DNA of 39,072 bases, from contig CAMAQU010000001.1 of NCBI GenBank assembly GCA_945860425.1, positions 1-39,072 of the forward strand. Reading direction: 5' to 3'. Source of the stretch: Sphingomonas paucimobilis (GTDB taxonomy: Bacteria; Pseudomonadota; Alphaproteobacteria; Sphingomonadales; Sphingomonadaceae). Both the position numbers and the translations under genes were made by a program. How positions within the stretch are numbered: position 1 is the stretch's first letter; every line of letters begins with the position of its first letter. This document shows, in pieces, positions 16,733 to 25,947 of the stretch. Below the pieces are notes generated by a model. That model had not been told where the DNA came from, ran no database searches, and saw only the letters and a list, made by a program, of their open reading frames with translations.

Positions 16733-17746
16733 TCATGGCATGTCCTTCACCCAGTGGCGGATCAGGTCGACGCCTTCGGTGTGCACCGTTGCGCGGCCAA
16801 GTTCCGGCATGGCGATGCCCGGTTCAAGGCTTTGCATTCGTGCGACCAGATAGGATTGACCGGGATCGCCCGGCTTGATCGCGAAGTCCAGCCCAACGCT
16901 ACCGCGACCCGCCGCCGTTGGACGCTTATAAAGGCCCAAATTGGTGTCGGCGGGCTGATCCCAATTGAGCCAAAGCCCCGATGTGTCGGCCGGCCCCTTT
17001 GGATTATGGCAATGGCCGCAATTCACATCCAAATAGGCTCGGGCCCGGACATTGAGACTTCCGGTTTCGGGCCGATCCCAATGGGGCAGGCGCACCAGGC
17101 CTTTAAGCGACCCTGTCAGCAGGCCTGCCTGCTTCAACGCCTGAAGCTGCACCCCGTCATTCAGATTGCGCGCCTTGGGGCCAATGGGGGTGATGGCATC
17201 GCCCGAGACATGGCATCCTTTGCACTGATTTGCATTGGGGACGGCATAGCTGATCGTGCGGGTCTGCCCGTCAAAATGGGTCCAGCTGACGCTCATCCTC
17301 TGCCCGGCACGTTTGAGCACCGCCTCTGTCCCTTGCGCATTCCAGACATAGGGCAGCGCAACCCAACCCGCGGCGCGGCGGATGAGCAGGCGGGTTTCAA
17401 GGATCCGTACATCCCGGTCTGGCGCGCGCAGATCGGCAGGATAGCCGAAGCTTTTGATGAGGACACTGCCGACCGGCAGGTCGATCAGGCCATCGCCTTT
17501 GAGCGCGGCCTTTTGCCCCTGTGGCACATAAAGGAAGCGGAACTTCTCCGAATAATCGGAAAAAAGCGGGGTGTTGAGGTGATAGGCCCGAACGCCGGTT
17601 GTGGGCGTGCGGCCATCCACCAACAAGCCAAAATCCTGTAATCGGGGTGGCAGTGTGTCGCCCAGAATCAGGGCGTCATTGGCTTGGGAGCCCGGGCTCG
17701 CGCTGATTAGCAGAGGCGCCAACAGCGCCAGCATAAGCGGCCTCAC
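16733..17746 (-). CDS. Secreted diheme c-type cytochrome, SO2930/HNE_0200-like
   Basis: Signal peptide; Y.LNTPLFSDYSEK.R, PVGSVLIKSF, ETRLLI; two CxxCH (CKGCH, CGHCH); MPELGR. Confidence 0.82.
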   Translation of the reverse strand: MRPLMLALLAPLLISASPGSQANDALILGDTLPPRLQDFGLLVDGRTPTTGVRAYHLNTPLFSDYSEKFRFLYVPQGQKAALKGDGLIDLPVGSVLIKSFGYPADLRAPDRDVRILETRLLIRRAAGWVALPYVWNAQGTEAVLKRAGQRMSVSWTHFDGQTRTISYAVPNANQCKGCHVSGDAITPIGPKARNLNDGVQLQALKQAGLLTGSLKGLVRLPHWDRPETGSLNVRARAYLDVNCGHCHNPKGPADTSGLWLNWDQPADTNLGLYKRPTAAGRGSVGLDFAIKPGDPGQSYLVARMQSLEPGIAMPELGRATVHTEGVDLIRHWVKDMP

Positions 17747-18948
17747 CGGGCGGCCGCCTCCATTGCGGCGGGCATCATGATGGTCGGCAGCGCCGCCGGG
17801 GCGGGACTGGCCGGGGCCTTATAAAGGCCGGGCGTCGCCGCCGTCACGGGTGCGCCTTGTGCGGGCAAATTGAGCGAGATCGCCATGACAGGATCGCCCA
17901 AGTGGACATTGGCCGAATCTCCGCCAACGCCATCCCAAAAGACGGAGGGAAATAGGCCGCCCATCGCCGCTGCCAATTCCGCCCCACCGGGGAAGGCGGG
18001 CGCAAAGCCCGCCCGGCCATGACGATTGTTGCGCACGACCACATCGCGGGCGAGGGGATTATAGGCCTTGTCTGTAAAGGCGGACTGATAGGCCACAACC
18101 ATCACATTGGTTGTGCCATTCTCCGCCAGATCATTGTCAACCACATGGACGTTGCGATTGGCCATAACCATGACGCCCGTCCCCGTTGGGACGCTGGCCA
18201 CAATATTGCCCTTGGGCGCGAAATTGGGCGTGTCATTGGCAATCACGCGATTGCTGAACACGCGGATATTATGCCCCCCCTGCTGCGGCAAATTGGGCAG
18301 ATCAAAGATCAATATGCCGCCCGTGTTGCGCGTGGCCAAGTTGGAATGGACATCGGCATCATAGCTGTTTTCAATCTCAATCCCCGCGACATTGAACATC
18401 GCGGTGGAATTGCGCACGATGATGTTGCGCGATTGGCCCACATAAATGCCCGCATCTGACGCGCCTTTGACCACCGCACCGTCAATCAGGACATTGCGCG
18501 ATTCAACCGGATAAAGCCCATAAGCGCCATTCGTCTCCTTGGGGCCGCCGGTCCATTCGACACGAATATTTTTATAAACGATCTGGTCTGCGCCTTTGGA
18601 TTTAATGCCGTCGCCGCGCGCATCCTCCACCGCGAAATCGCGCAGCACAACGTCATCAGACGTGACGAGCAGACCTTCGCCTGCCGCCTGCTGCCCTTTG
18701 AAGCTCAGGATCGTCTTGTCCGGCCCGGCCCCACGGATGGTGACGCCGTTTACATCAAGCGAGAGGCCATCTGTCAGGTCGAATCGGCCTGCGTCCACGT
18801 CTACCATATCGCCGGGCTTTGCCTCAATCAGGGCTGCCTGAAGGCGTTCCTGTGCGTCGGGGCCAGCGGCGACACGGATGGTGCCAGCCAAAGCGGGTGC
18901 AGCGGCCATAAGGCTTAAGGCTGCGACTTGCATAACGTTCCATTTCAT
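17743..18948 (-). CDS. Secreted parallel beta-helix repeat protein (TIGR03805-like)
   Basis: Signal peptide ending A-L-A; NGAYGLYPV, GASDAGIYVGQS, NVAGIEIENS, NTGGILIFDLP; GTGA overlap with the cytochrome gene. Confidence 0.82.
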   Translation of the reverse strand: MKWNVMQVAALSLMAAAPALAGTIRVAAGPDAQERLQAALIEAKPGDMVDVDAGRFDLTDGLSLDVNGVTIRGAGPDKTILSFKGQQAAGEGLLVTSDDVVLRDFAVEDARGDGIKSKGADQIVYKNIRVEWTGGPKETNGAYGLYPVESRNVLIDGAVVKGASDAGIYVGQSRNIIVRNSTAMFNVAGIEIENSYDADVHSNLATRNTGGILIFDLPNLPQQGGHNIRVFSNRVIANDTPNFAPKGNIVASVPTGTGVMVMANRNVHVVDNDLAENGTTNVMVVAYQSAFTDKAYNPLARDVVVRNNRHGRAGFAPAFPGGAELAAAMGGLFPSVFWDGVGGDSANVHLGDPVMAISLNLPAQGAPVTAATPGLYKAPASPAPAALPTIMMPAAMEAAAR

Positions 18949-19011
18949 GGCCTAGTCATCGCACCAACAGGCTGTGATGCCAAGGATGAATTGAGCGAGG
19001 AGAATTGCCCC

Positions 19012-19425
19012 ATGCGTTTGTATCTGACTGGCCTTGTGCTGGCTCTGACAACGGCCCCGGCTCTGGCCGCCACGCCTGTAAATGGCCGCTGGTACACCGA
19101 AGAAAAAGACAGCATCGTCCAAATTGGCCAATGTGGCCCTGTTGTCTGCGGCAAAGTGCTCAAAGTCCTGAAAGCGCCGCCGGGCGGCGGCAGAGCATTG
19201 GACGCGAATAATCCTGATCCAGCGCTCCGCTCTCGACCGATTGAGGGGATTACGCTTTTGTTGGGATTTCAGGCGTCGGGCAATGAATGGGAAGGCAAAA
19301 TTTACGATCCGCGGGCGGGCAAAACCTATCGGTCCACGCTGCAAAAACAGGCGGATGGCAGTTTGCGAGTCAAGGGCTGTGTTGGCCCCTTTTGCCGCAC
19401 TGTGAAATTTACCCCTGCGCCTTAA
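19012..19425 (+). CDS. DUF2147 family secreted protein
   Basis: Signal peptide, G.W.T, CG..VCGKV, D.NNPDP.LR.RP..G, W.GKIYDP..GKTY, L.V.GC...FC; GAGGAG RBS. Confidence 0.88.
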   Translation: MRLYLTGLVLALTTAPALAATPVNGRWYTEEKDSIVQIGQCGPVVCGKVLKVLKAPPGGGRALDANNPDPALRSRPIEGITLLLGFQASGNEWEGKIYDPRAGKTYRSTLQKQADGSLRVKGCVGPFCRTVKFTPAP

Positions 19426-20369
19426 GTCTTCAAGCCAATTTCAATCAGCCGTTGAACGAGAAAATCATTGGCGGTGATGGGGCTGGGGTAAAGATTGGGG
19501 TGGTCTGCATCTATGCAGCCTGGCAAGGTCTCAATCAGAACATCTGAGGCCAGATGCAGAAAAAACGGCATGGAATAGCGCGGGATATGGCGGCGCTCCG
19601 GCGGTGGGTTGAGCACGCGGTGAATGGTGGAGGGCAGCTGATTATTGGTCAGCCGCTCCAGCATATCGCCCACATTGATGACGAGAGCGCCTTCGGGCGG
19701 CGCGATGGAGAGCCATTCGCCCTGACGCGTCAACAGCTGCAAGCCGCCTTCTTCTGCGCCCAGAAGCAGCGTGATCAAATTGATATCGCCATGCGCGCCG
19801 GCGCGAATACCCGGCGCATCGGCGGGGATTGGCGGATAATGCAGCAGGCGCATCACCGAATTGCCATGGTCTACCTTGTCAGCAAACCAATCCGGCGCAA
19901 GGCCAAGATAACGGGCAATGGCAGATAAAAGCTGGTTTCCCGCCCGGTCAAAGGCGGCGTACATGTCTGTGAAGATGGCTTCAAATTCCGCAAGTTCTGT
20001 GGGCCAGATATTGTCGGGCATATGATCGCGGAAGCGATGCCCGGCTGGCAGATCACGGCCCACATGCCAAAATTCCTTCAGGTCTACATGCGCTGCATCT
20101 TTGGCAATTTCGGTGCCAAAGGGGGTGTATCCCCGTTGCCCTGCAAGCTCTGCTGAATAGTAACGCCGCTTGGCCTCTTCGGGCAGTTCAAAAAGCTGGC
20201 GGGTCGCTTTCCAAGCGGTGTCGATCAGCTTTGGATCAATGCCATGATCTGTCACAACCGCAAAGCCAAAGCGGCGGAATGACGCGCCAAAGGCTTGGGC
20301 AAAACCTTCTGGGTCATGCCCCTGGTCGGCGAGCGAAAGCGTTGGAATCTGATGAAAATCGGTCGTCAT
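19422..20369 (-). CDS. 2-oxoglutarate/Fe(II) oxygenase, isopenicillin-N-synthase-like
   Basis: FGFAVV.DHGI, RGYTPFG.E, HxD (AHGDIN), distal His (TIHRV), RxS (RYSMPFF). Confidence 0.9.
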   Translation of the reverse strand: MTTDFHQIPTLSLADQGHDPEGFAQAFGASFRRFGFAVVTDHGIDPKLIDTAWKATRQLFELPEEAKRRYYSAELAGQRGYTPFGTEIAKDAAHVDLKEFWHVGRDLPAGHRFRDHMPDNIWPTELAEFEAIFTDMYAAFDRAGNQLLSAIARYLGLAPDWFADKVDHGNSVMRLLHYPPIPADAPGIRAGAHGDINLITLLLGAEEGGLQLLTRQGEWLSIAPPEGALVINVGDMLERLTNNQLPSTIHRVLNPPPERRHIPRYSMPFFLHLASDVLIETLPGCIDADHPNLYPSPITANDFLVQRLIEIGLKT

Positions 20370-20436
20370 CCCCGCCCTTTAGGCGAAATTGACCTCCCAT
20401 GCACCAGCAACTTTCGCCCGCCGCAAGGTGCGCGCG

Positions 20437-20841
20437 TCAGTCTGCTCCGCTCGCGACAAGCTTTAGATCTTTGCGCGCACCATTTTTGGCCGATAATTTT
20501 CCATCGACCAAGGCGCCGCCTTCGACCGACAGGCTATCATAGAGGATGTCGCCTGTGACGCGGGCCGATTTTTCCAGCACAATTTCTGTGGCCGAAATCG
20601 TCCCTTCAATTCTGCCGGCAATGCGCGCGCGCTGCGCCGTCACATCACCTTTAAGGCACCCGGTTTCCCCAAGCGAGAAAAAGTCACAAATGACTTCGCC
20701 CTGAACTTCCCCGTTGAGATGCACATCCCCTTTGGCATCCAGATTTCCTTTGATCGCAACTTCGCTGCTGATCAGGCTGCCGCTCGGAACCTCATTTGGG
20801 TTTCGAATGTCACCGTCTGTGAGCTTTGTTCCCCAGGCCAT
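20437..20841 (-). CDS. Bactofilin (polymer-forming cytoskeletal protein)
   Basis: SLIS....IKGNL...GDVHLNGEVQGEV, IAG.IEG.I.A, ARVTGDI.Y..LSVE.GA.VDG; GGAGG RBS before ATG 20841. Confidence 0.88.
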   Translation of the reverse strand: MAWGTKLTDGDIRNPNEVPSGSLISSEVAIKGNLDAKGDVHLNGEVQGEVICDFFSLGETGCLKGDVTAQRARIAGRIEGTISATEIVLEKSARVTGDILYDSLSVEGGALVDGKLSAKNGARKDLKLVASGAD

Positions 20842-20959
20842 GGCTATCCTCCATTTGCATTCATTCGACTTAATCCGACTGCACAATTGCAATCAAAAGA
20901 ACGATATTGCCGCAAATGGTTAATAATTTAAGAATCCGAGGGGGTCCCCAAAACGGGTG

Positions 20960-21181
20960 TCAAAATATTCCGCCGCCTAGGCTGAGGCGCAGGACGCCGA
21001 TCAGAATCACAACAAGGTTGAGGTTGCGCCCCGCCGTGCGATTAGAGGTCGCCCCAATGCCGAGACCGATAATGGCCATTGGCAAAATGAACCAATTGGC
21101 CCAGCCAAGCAGGGGAAGAAAGGCAAGGGCGACAAGCATCAAGCCCATGGCCCCAATGAGGAGAGAAAGAAGATTTCGCAT
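20960..21181 (-). CDS. Small hypothetical membrane protein (about 73 aa)
   Basis: Three hydrophobic segments, P.LGWANW..LP, GRNLNL...RL.LGGGIF. Confidence 0.7.
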   Translation of the reverse strand: MRNLLSLLIGAMGLMLVALAFLPLLGWANWFILPMAIIGLGIGATSNRTAGRNLNLVVILIGVLRLSLGGGIF

Positions 21182-21286
21182 CCGCATAGGGTGGCCACCC
21201 TTGAGTGGCATTGCAAGCGGGCGATTGGCTGCTTACCTCCCTCCTCTGCCAGCGACTCGAAGATCTCGCGGCGATGAGGAGATTTG

Positions 21287-22660
21287 ATGGCTTACGCGCA
21301 TACTCATGAGGCAAATCCGCATTGGCTGCCTGTGCTGCCCCGATCCGCAACGGATGAGATTCCCGGCACCGATGGCTGGCCGCTGGTCGGCACCACCTTC
21401 ACGCAATTGCGCGATCCCCATGCCTTCACCCGCAACATGGCCGCGACCTTCGGCCCCATTTACCGCGCACGCAGCTTTGGCGGCCGCAATATTCAGCTGT
21501 TGGGGCCGGACGCCAATGAGCTGGTCTTGTTTGATCGGGATAAGTTGTTTTCCTCAGAACAGGGCTGGGGCCCTGTGCTCAACCTGCTCTTCCCGCGCGG
21601 TCTAATGCTGATGGATTTTGAACAGCATCGCGGCCATCGCAAAGCGCTGTCGGTTGCGTTCAAGCCTGAGCCGATGAAACTTTATGCCGAAGCGCTGAAT
21701 GCCGGGATTGCGGCCCGCATGCGGGCGTGGCGCGGGAAAAGCTTTGCCTTTTACCCCGCGATCAAGGCGCTGACGCTCGATCTGGCGGCAACATCCTTTC
21801 TGGGCATTCCTTGGGGGCCAGAAGCGAACCAGATTAATCAGGCCTTTGTCGATATGGTGCAGGCCTCGGTCGGCGTGGTGCGCGTTCCCATTCCCGGCAC
21901 GAAAATGGCCAAGGGCGTGGCCGGCCGCGCCTTTTTGAAAGACTATTTCGGGCGCGAAGTGCCCAAGCGCCGGGCGGGCAATGCGCAGGACATGTTCAGC
22001 CAGTTTTGCCGCGCGACCAATGAAGATGGATCGACGCTCTCCGATGATGAGATTATCGATCACATGAATTTTCTGATGATGGCCGCCCATGATACGATCA
22101 CCTCATCGGCCAGTTCCATGGTCATGCTGCTCGGCCAAAATCCGGAATGGCAGGACAAATTAGCCGACGAAATGGCGGGCCTTGGCGTTGCTGGGGATGA
22201 TCTTCCTTATGACCGCCTCAATGATCTGGTGCTGACCGATTATGCATTTAAGGAATCGCTGCGGTTGATGGCCCCAGTTCCCTCCATCCCGCGTCGGGCG
22301 GTGCGGGATTTTGAATTTGGCGGCTATCACCTGAAAGCCGGAACCTATGTCGGCGTCAGCCCGGCCTATACGCATATGATGCCGGACCTTTGGCCAGAGC
22401 CCCAAAAATTTGATCCAATGCGCTTTGCGCCAGAGCAGGTTAAAGCCCGGCATAAATATGCCTGGGTGCCCTTTGGCGGCGGCGCGCATATGTGCCTTGG
22501 CCTGCATTTCGCCTATATGCAGATCAAGATTTTGATGTGGCACATGCTGCGTGAAGATCGCATCACCTTGCCCGCGGGCAGTGGCGCGAAATGGCAGGCT
22601 TGGCCGATCCCGAAACCACGGGACGGGTTACCCATCACGCTCGTTTCAACCGCCTCCTAA
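21287..22660 (+). CDS. Cytochrome P450 (CYP136/CYP196-like by resemblance)
   Basis: Heme motif PFGGGAHMCLG, I-helix MMAAHDTIT, KESLR (ExxR), FDPMRF; GAGGAG RBS. Confidence 0.9.
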   Translation: MAYAHTHEANPHWLPVLPRSATDEIPGTDGWPLVGTTFTQLRDPHAFTRNMAATFGPIYRARSFGGRNIQLLGPDANELVLFDRDKLFSSEQGWGPVLNLLFPRGLMLMDFEQHRGHRKALSVAFKPEPMKLYAEALNAGIAARMRAWRGKSFAFYPAIKALTLDLAATSFLGIPWGPEANQINQAFVDMVQASVGVVRVPIPGTKMAKGVAGRAFLKDYFGREVPKRRAGNAQDMFSQFCRATNEDGSTLSDDEIIDHMNFLMMAAHDTITSSASSMVMLLGQNPEWQDKLADEMAGLGVAGDDLPYDRLNDLVLTDYAFKESLRLMAPVPSIPRRAVRDFEFGGYHLKAGTYVGVSPAYTHMMPDLWPEPQKFDPMRFAPEQVKARHKYAWVPFGGGAHMCLGLHFAYMQIKILMWHMLREDRITLPAGSGAKWQAWPIPKPRDGLPITLVSTAS

Positions 22661-22676
22661 CCAGAGCGAGAGTTCC

Positions 22677-23513
22677 ATGCGCGCGTTTATGCAAGTGGAT
22701 GTTTTCACCAGCCGGCCCCTGTTCGGCAATCCGGTGGCTGTTGTGCTGGATGCAGACGGCCTGTCGGATGCTGAGATGCAGCAAATGGCGCAGTGGACCA
22801 ATTTGTCGGAAACAACCTTTGTCCTCCCGCCCGAGGATTCGGCTGCCAGCTATCGCGTGCGCATTTTCACGCCGCGCGCCGAATTGCCCTTTGCCGGTCA
22901 TCCAACATTGGGCACGGCCCATGCAGCGCTGGAGGCCGGGCGTGTGACGCCCGTCAACGGCAAGCTGGTTCAGCAATGCGCGGTCGGGCTGGTCGAGGTC
23001 TCGATCGACGGGGCCATGCGCAGCTTCCGCCTGCCCCGCTATGCGGCCAGCCCAGCGCCTGACGAAGATCGGCTCGCCGCCGCCTTGGGCGGATCGGCCA
23101 TTTTGGCGGATGCCCCTCAAGTTTTGGATGTTGGCCCGCGCTGGGTGATTGGCGAAGTCACCTCTGCTCAGGCCTTGTCAGCTTTGGCCCCTGATCTGGC
23201 AGCGCTTGCCGATTATGATCGGGCGCAGGGGACAACGGGCCTCACGCTTTTTGCGATCACCCCCCAAGGGATTAGCGTCCGATCCTTCGCCCCGGCCGAC
23301 GGCATTGCCGAAGATCCGGTCTGCGGTAGTGGCAATGGCGCAGTTGCCGCTTATCGGTTGCTGAAAGGGCAAATTGGGGATGGCGACACCTATCTGGCGT
23401 CCCAAGGCAGAGAGGTTGGACGCGATGGGCAGGTGCATATCCGCATTGAAGGCGCGGATGTGCATGTCGGCGGGGTCTGTGTGACCTGCGTGACGGGCAG
23501 TCTCTCTATTTAG
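22677..23513 (+). CDS. PhzF family isomerase-like protein
   Basis: QVDVF...GNPVAVV, NLSETTFV, ELPFAGHPTLG, EDPVCGSGNG. Confidence 0.9.
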   Translation: MRAFMQVDVFTSRPLFGNPVAVVLDADGLSDAEMQQMAQWTNLSETTFVLPPEDSAASYRVRIFTPRAELPFAGHPTLGTAHAALEAGRVTPVNGKLVQQCAVGLVEVSIDGAMRSFRLPRYAASPAPDEDRLAAALGGSAILADAPQVLDVGPRWVIGEVTSAQALSALAPDLAALADYDRAQGTTGLTLFAITPQGISVRSFAPADGIAEDPVCGSGNGAVAAYRLLKGQIGDGDTYLASQGREVGRDGQVHIRIEGADVHVGGVCVTCVTGSLSI

Positions 23514-23592
23514 CGGCCTGATTTACCGGACCGTTTCAGGCACCCGGGCGGCAAAGCTTCTCTTCTTGGCCCAGTCGGGCTAAGGCACCGCC

Positions 23593-23955
23593 ATGTACCC
23601 GATTTTCCCTGTTATGCTTGGCGGCGCCATAGGTGCTGGCGCGCGCTATCTGGTCGCCACCATGTTGGCGTCCAAAGGCGGCTGGCCCATGGGCACCTTC
23701 CTCGTCAATCTGGCGGGTGGGCTGTTGATGGGCGTGCTCGCCGCCTTGGTGCTGAAAGGCACGGCGTCAGAGGAGATGCGCCTTTTTGCAGGCGTTGGCA
23801 TATTGGGCGGGTTCACAACATTTTCGGCCTTTAGCCTTGAAGGATTTCAGATGATTGAACGCGGCCAATGGGGTCTGGCGGCGCTCTATGCCGGGGCCTC
23901 TGTACTCGGTTCAATCGGCGCCTTGGCGCTGGGCTATCAGCTGGTGCGCGCATGA
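23593..23955 (+). CDS. crcB: Fluoride efflux channel CrcB/FluC
   Basis: GGAIGAGARY, P.GT..VN..G, GILGGFTTFSAF. Confidence 0.93.
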   Translation: MYPIFPVMLGGAIGAGARYLVATMLASKGGWPMGTFLVNLAGGLLMGVLAALVLKGTASEEMRLFAGVGILGGFTTFSAFSLEGFQMIERGQWGLAALYAGASVLGSIGALALGYQLVRA

Positions 23956-25067
23956 CCGATCATGTCCGCCAATTCACCGTCGATGTCGAAGATGACGGCA
24001 TTCGGCTGGACCGTTGGTTTAAGCGCCATCTGCCCGATGCCAGCTTTAACACTGTCTCGCGCTGGGCCCGCACGGGCCAGCTGCGGATCGATGGAAAGCG
24101 GGCCACGCCGGGCGATCGGATTGAATCTGGGCAACAGATTCGTGTCCCCCCGGCGGAACCCGTGGTCGCCTCTGCCAAGCCGAAAAAGGAACCGCCCCGC
24201 CTGACCGATGATCAGATGGCCTTTGCCGAAAGCTGTGTCATTCATAAGGATAGGTCGGCGCTTGTCCTCAACAAGCCGCCCGGCCTTGCCACGCAAGGCG
24301 GCACCAAGACGACCGAACATGTCGATGGTCTGCTCGATGCGCTTTGGTACGAACTGGATCAGCGGCCCAAGCTGGTCCACCGGCTGGATAAGGATACATC
24401 GGGCGTTCTGCTCGTGGCCCGCACCTCGCGTGCGGCGGCGGCATTTTCCAAAAGCTTTTCCAGCCGCACCGCGCGCAAAGTCTATTGGGCGATTATCGTC
24501 GGCGTGCCGTCAATTGAAGATGGTATGATTGAATTGCCCATCGCCAAACAGCCCGGATCTGGCGGCGAGAAAATGCAGGTCGATGAAAAAGAAGGGGCGG
24601 CAGCTCGCACCCGCTATCGCGTCATCGATCGGGCGGGCAATAATGCTGCTTGGGTTGAGCTTCAGCCCTTTACCGGGCGCACCCACCAGCTGCGCGTGCA
24701 TATGGCCGCCATTGGCCACCCCATTGTGGGCGACGGCAAATATGGCGGCAGAGATGCCTTTTTGACGGGAACGATCAGCCGCAAAATGCATCTTCATGCG
24801 CGCCGTTTGCGGGTGGATCATCCCGATGGCGGGCAGCTGGAAGTGCGGGCAGATTTGCCGCCGCATTTTGCCGAGAGTCTCAAAGATTTGGGCTTTAACC
24901 TGATGGATGGCGATGCCTTGCCGCTCGATGAAGTTAAGTTTTCAGAGACGGCAGAGGGCAAAAAGCGGGTGCAGGCGCAAAAAGCCAAAACCGCGCGCAA
25001 GGATCGTAAGGGCGAACGGCGCAGCCGCGGCAAGGCGGCAGCCCCCGCGCGGACCAAGCGCCGCTGA
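23952..25067 (+). CDS. RluA-family 23S rRNA pseudouridine synthase with S4 domain (RluC-like)
   Basis: RLDRWF, NKPPGLATQGG, catalytic HRLDKDTSG, TGRTHQLRVH, PIVGDGKY. Confidence 0.93.
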   Translation: MTDHVRQFTVDVEDDGIRLDRWFKRHLPDASFNTVSRWARTGQLRIDGKRATPGDRIESGQQIRVPPAEPVVASAKPKKEPPRLTDDQMAFAESCVIHKDRSALVLNKPPGLATQGGTKTTEHVDGLLDALWYELDQRPKLVHRLDKDTSGVLLVARTSRAAAAFSKSFSSRTARKVYWAIIVGVPSIEDGMIELPIAKQPGSGGEKMQVDEKEGAAARTRYRVIDRAGNNAAWVELQPFTGRTHQLRVHMAAIGHPIVGDGKYGGRDAFLTGTISRKMHLHARRLRVDHPDGGQLEVRADLPPHFAESLKDLGFNLMDGDALPLDEVKFSETAEGKKRVQAQKAKTARKDRKGERRSRGKAAAPARTKRR

Positions 25068-25078
25068 GGCAGCTGGAG

Positions 25079-25729
25079 ATGAACAAGCTCGCGCTGTTTG
25101 ATTGTGATGGGACGCTGGTCGACAGCCAGCACAGCATTATCCAATGCATGGATGCAGCCTTTGTTCGGGCGGGGCTGGCGCCGCCCGCGCGCGCGGCGAC
25201 GCGCCAGATTGTCGGCCTCAGCCTAGTTTCCGCCATGCAGGCCTTGCTGCCGGATGCGCCGCCCGCGCTCCATATTCAATTGGCCGACGATTATAAAACC
25301 GCCTTTCAGACGATGCGCGCCAAGGGCGAAGTGGATGAACCTTTGTTTGATGGCATTGTCGCGTCGCTGGATGCGCTGGAGGCGGCGGGTTGGCTATTGG
25401 GCGTGGCCACGGGAAAGTCGGATCGCGGGCTTGATTTGTGCTTGCGTCATCATGGTCTGAGGGATCGCTTTGTGACGCTGCAAACGGCGGATCGTCACCC
25501 GTCAAAACCCCACCCGTCCATGGCCTATGAAGCGATGGCGGAGGCGGGGGCCGCCCCCCACACAACCATCATGATTGGCGATACCAGCTTTGACATGGCG
25601 ATGGGCCGGGCCGCGGGCGCCCGGTCGCTTGGCGTGGACTGGGGCTATCATGATGCGGACGATCTGTGGGCGGCGGGCGCTTTTCATATTGCCAGCCACC
25701 CAGACCAAATCATCGAGGCCGTCCAATGA
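25079..25729 (+). CDS. HAD-IA hydrolase (phosphoglycolate phosphatase-like)
   Basis: FDCDGTLVDS, ATGKS, SKPHP, IGDTSFD. Confidence 0.9.
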   Translation: MNKLALFDCDGTLVDSQHSIIQCMDAAFVRAGLAPPARAATRQIVGLSLVSAMQALLPDAPPALHIQLADDYKTAFQTMRAKGEVDEPLFDGIVASLDALEAAGWLLGVATGKSDRGLDLCLRHHGLRDRFVTLQTADRHPSKPHPSMAYEAMAEAGAAPHTTIMIGDTSFDMAMGRAAGARSLGVDWGYHDADDLWAAGAFHIASHPDQIIEAVQ

Positions 25730-25947
25730 CCGATCCGGAAGATGTCGCGCGCAGCCGCTTCATGCTGCTCAATCTTGTGCGCTTTGGCGCGGTCGCGCTC
25801 GTCTTTGCGGGCATTGCCAATTTGGCCGGCAAGCTCTTGCCAGAGCTTATGCCTTGGTTTGGTTATCTGCTCTTCTTCGCAGGCATTGGTGGATTTTATC
25901 GGCTGCCCATCCACCTGAAACGGCGCTGGCGGGATAAGGCGGAATGA
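25726..25947 (+). CDS. Small two-TM hypothetical protein
   Basis: ATGA overlaps at both ends; two hydrophobic helices and basic C-terminus LKRRWR. Confidence 0.7.
   Translation: MTDPEDVARSRFMLLNLVRFGAVALVFAGIANLAGKLLPELMPWFGYLLFFAGIGGFYRLPIHLKRRWRDKAE

Noticed and set aside
23514-23592. Fluoride riboswitch upstream of crcB
   Set aside because: No GGCGAUGG-type aptamer core, and the promoter geometry suggests a leaderless mRNA.
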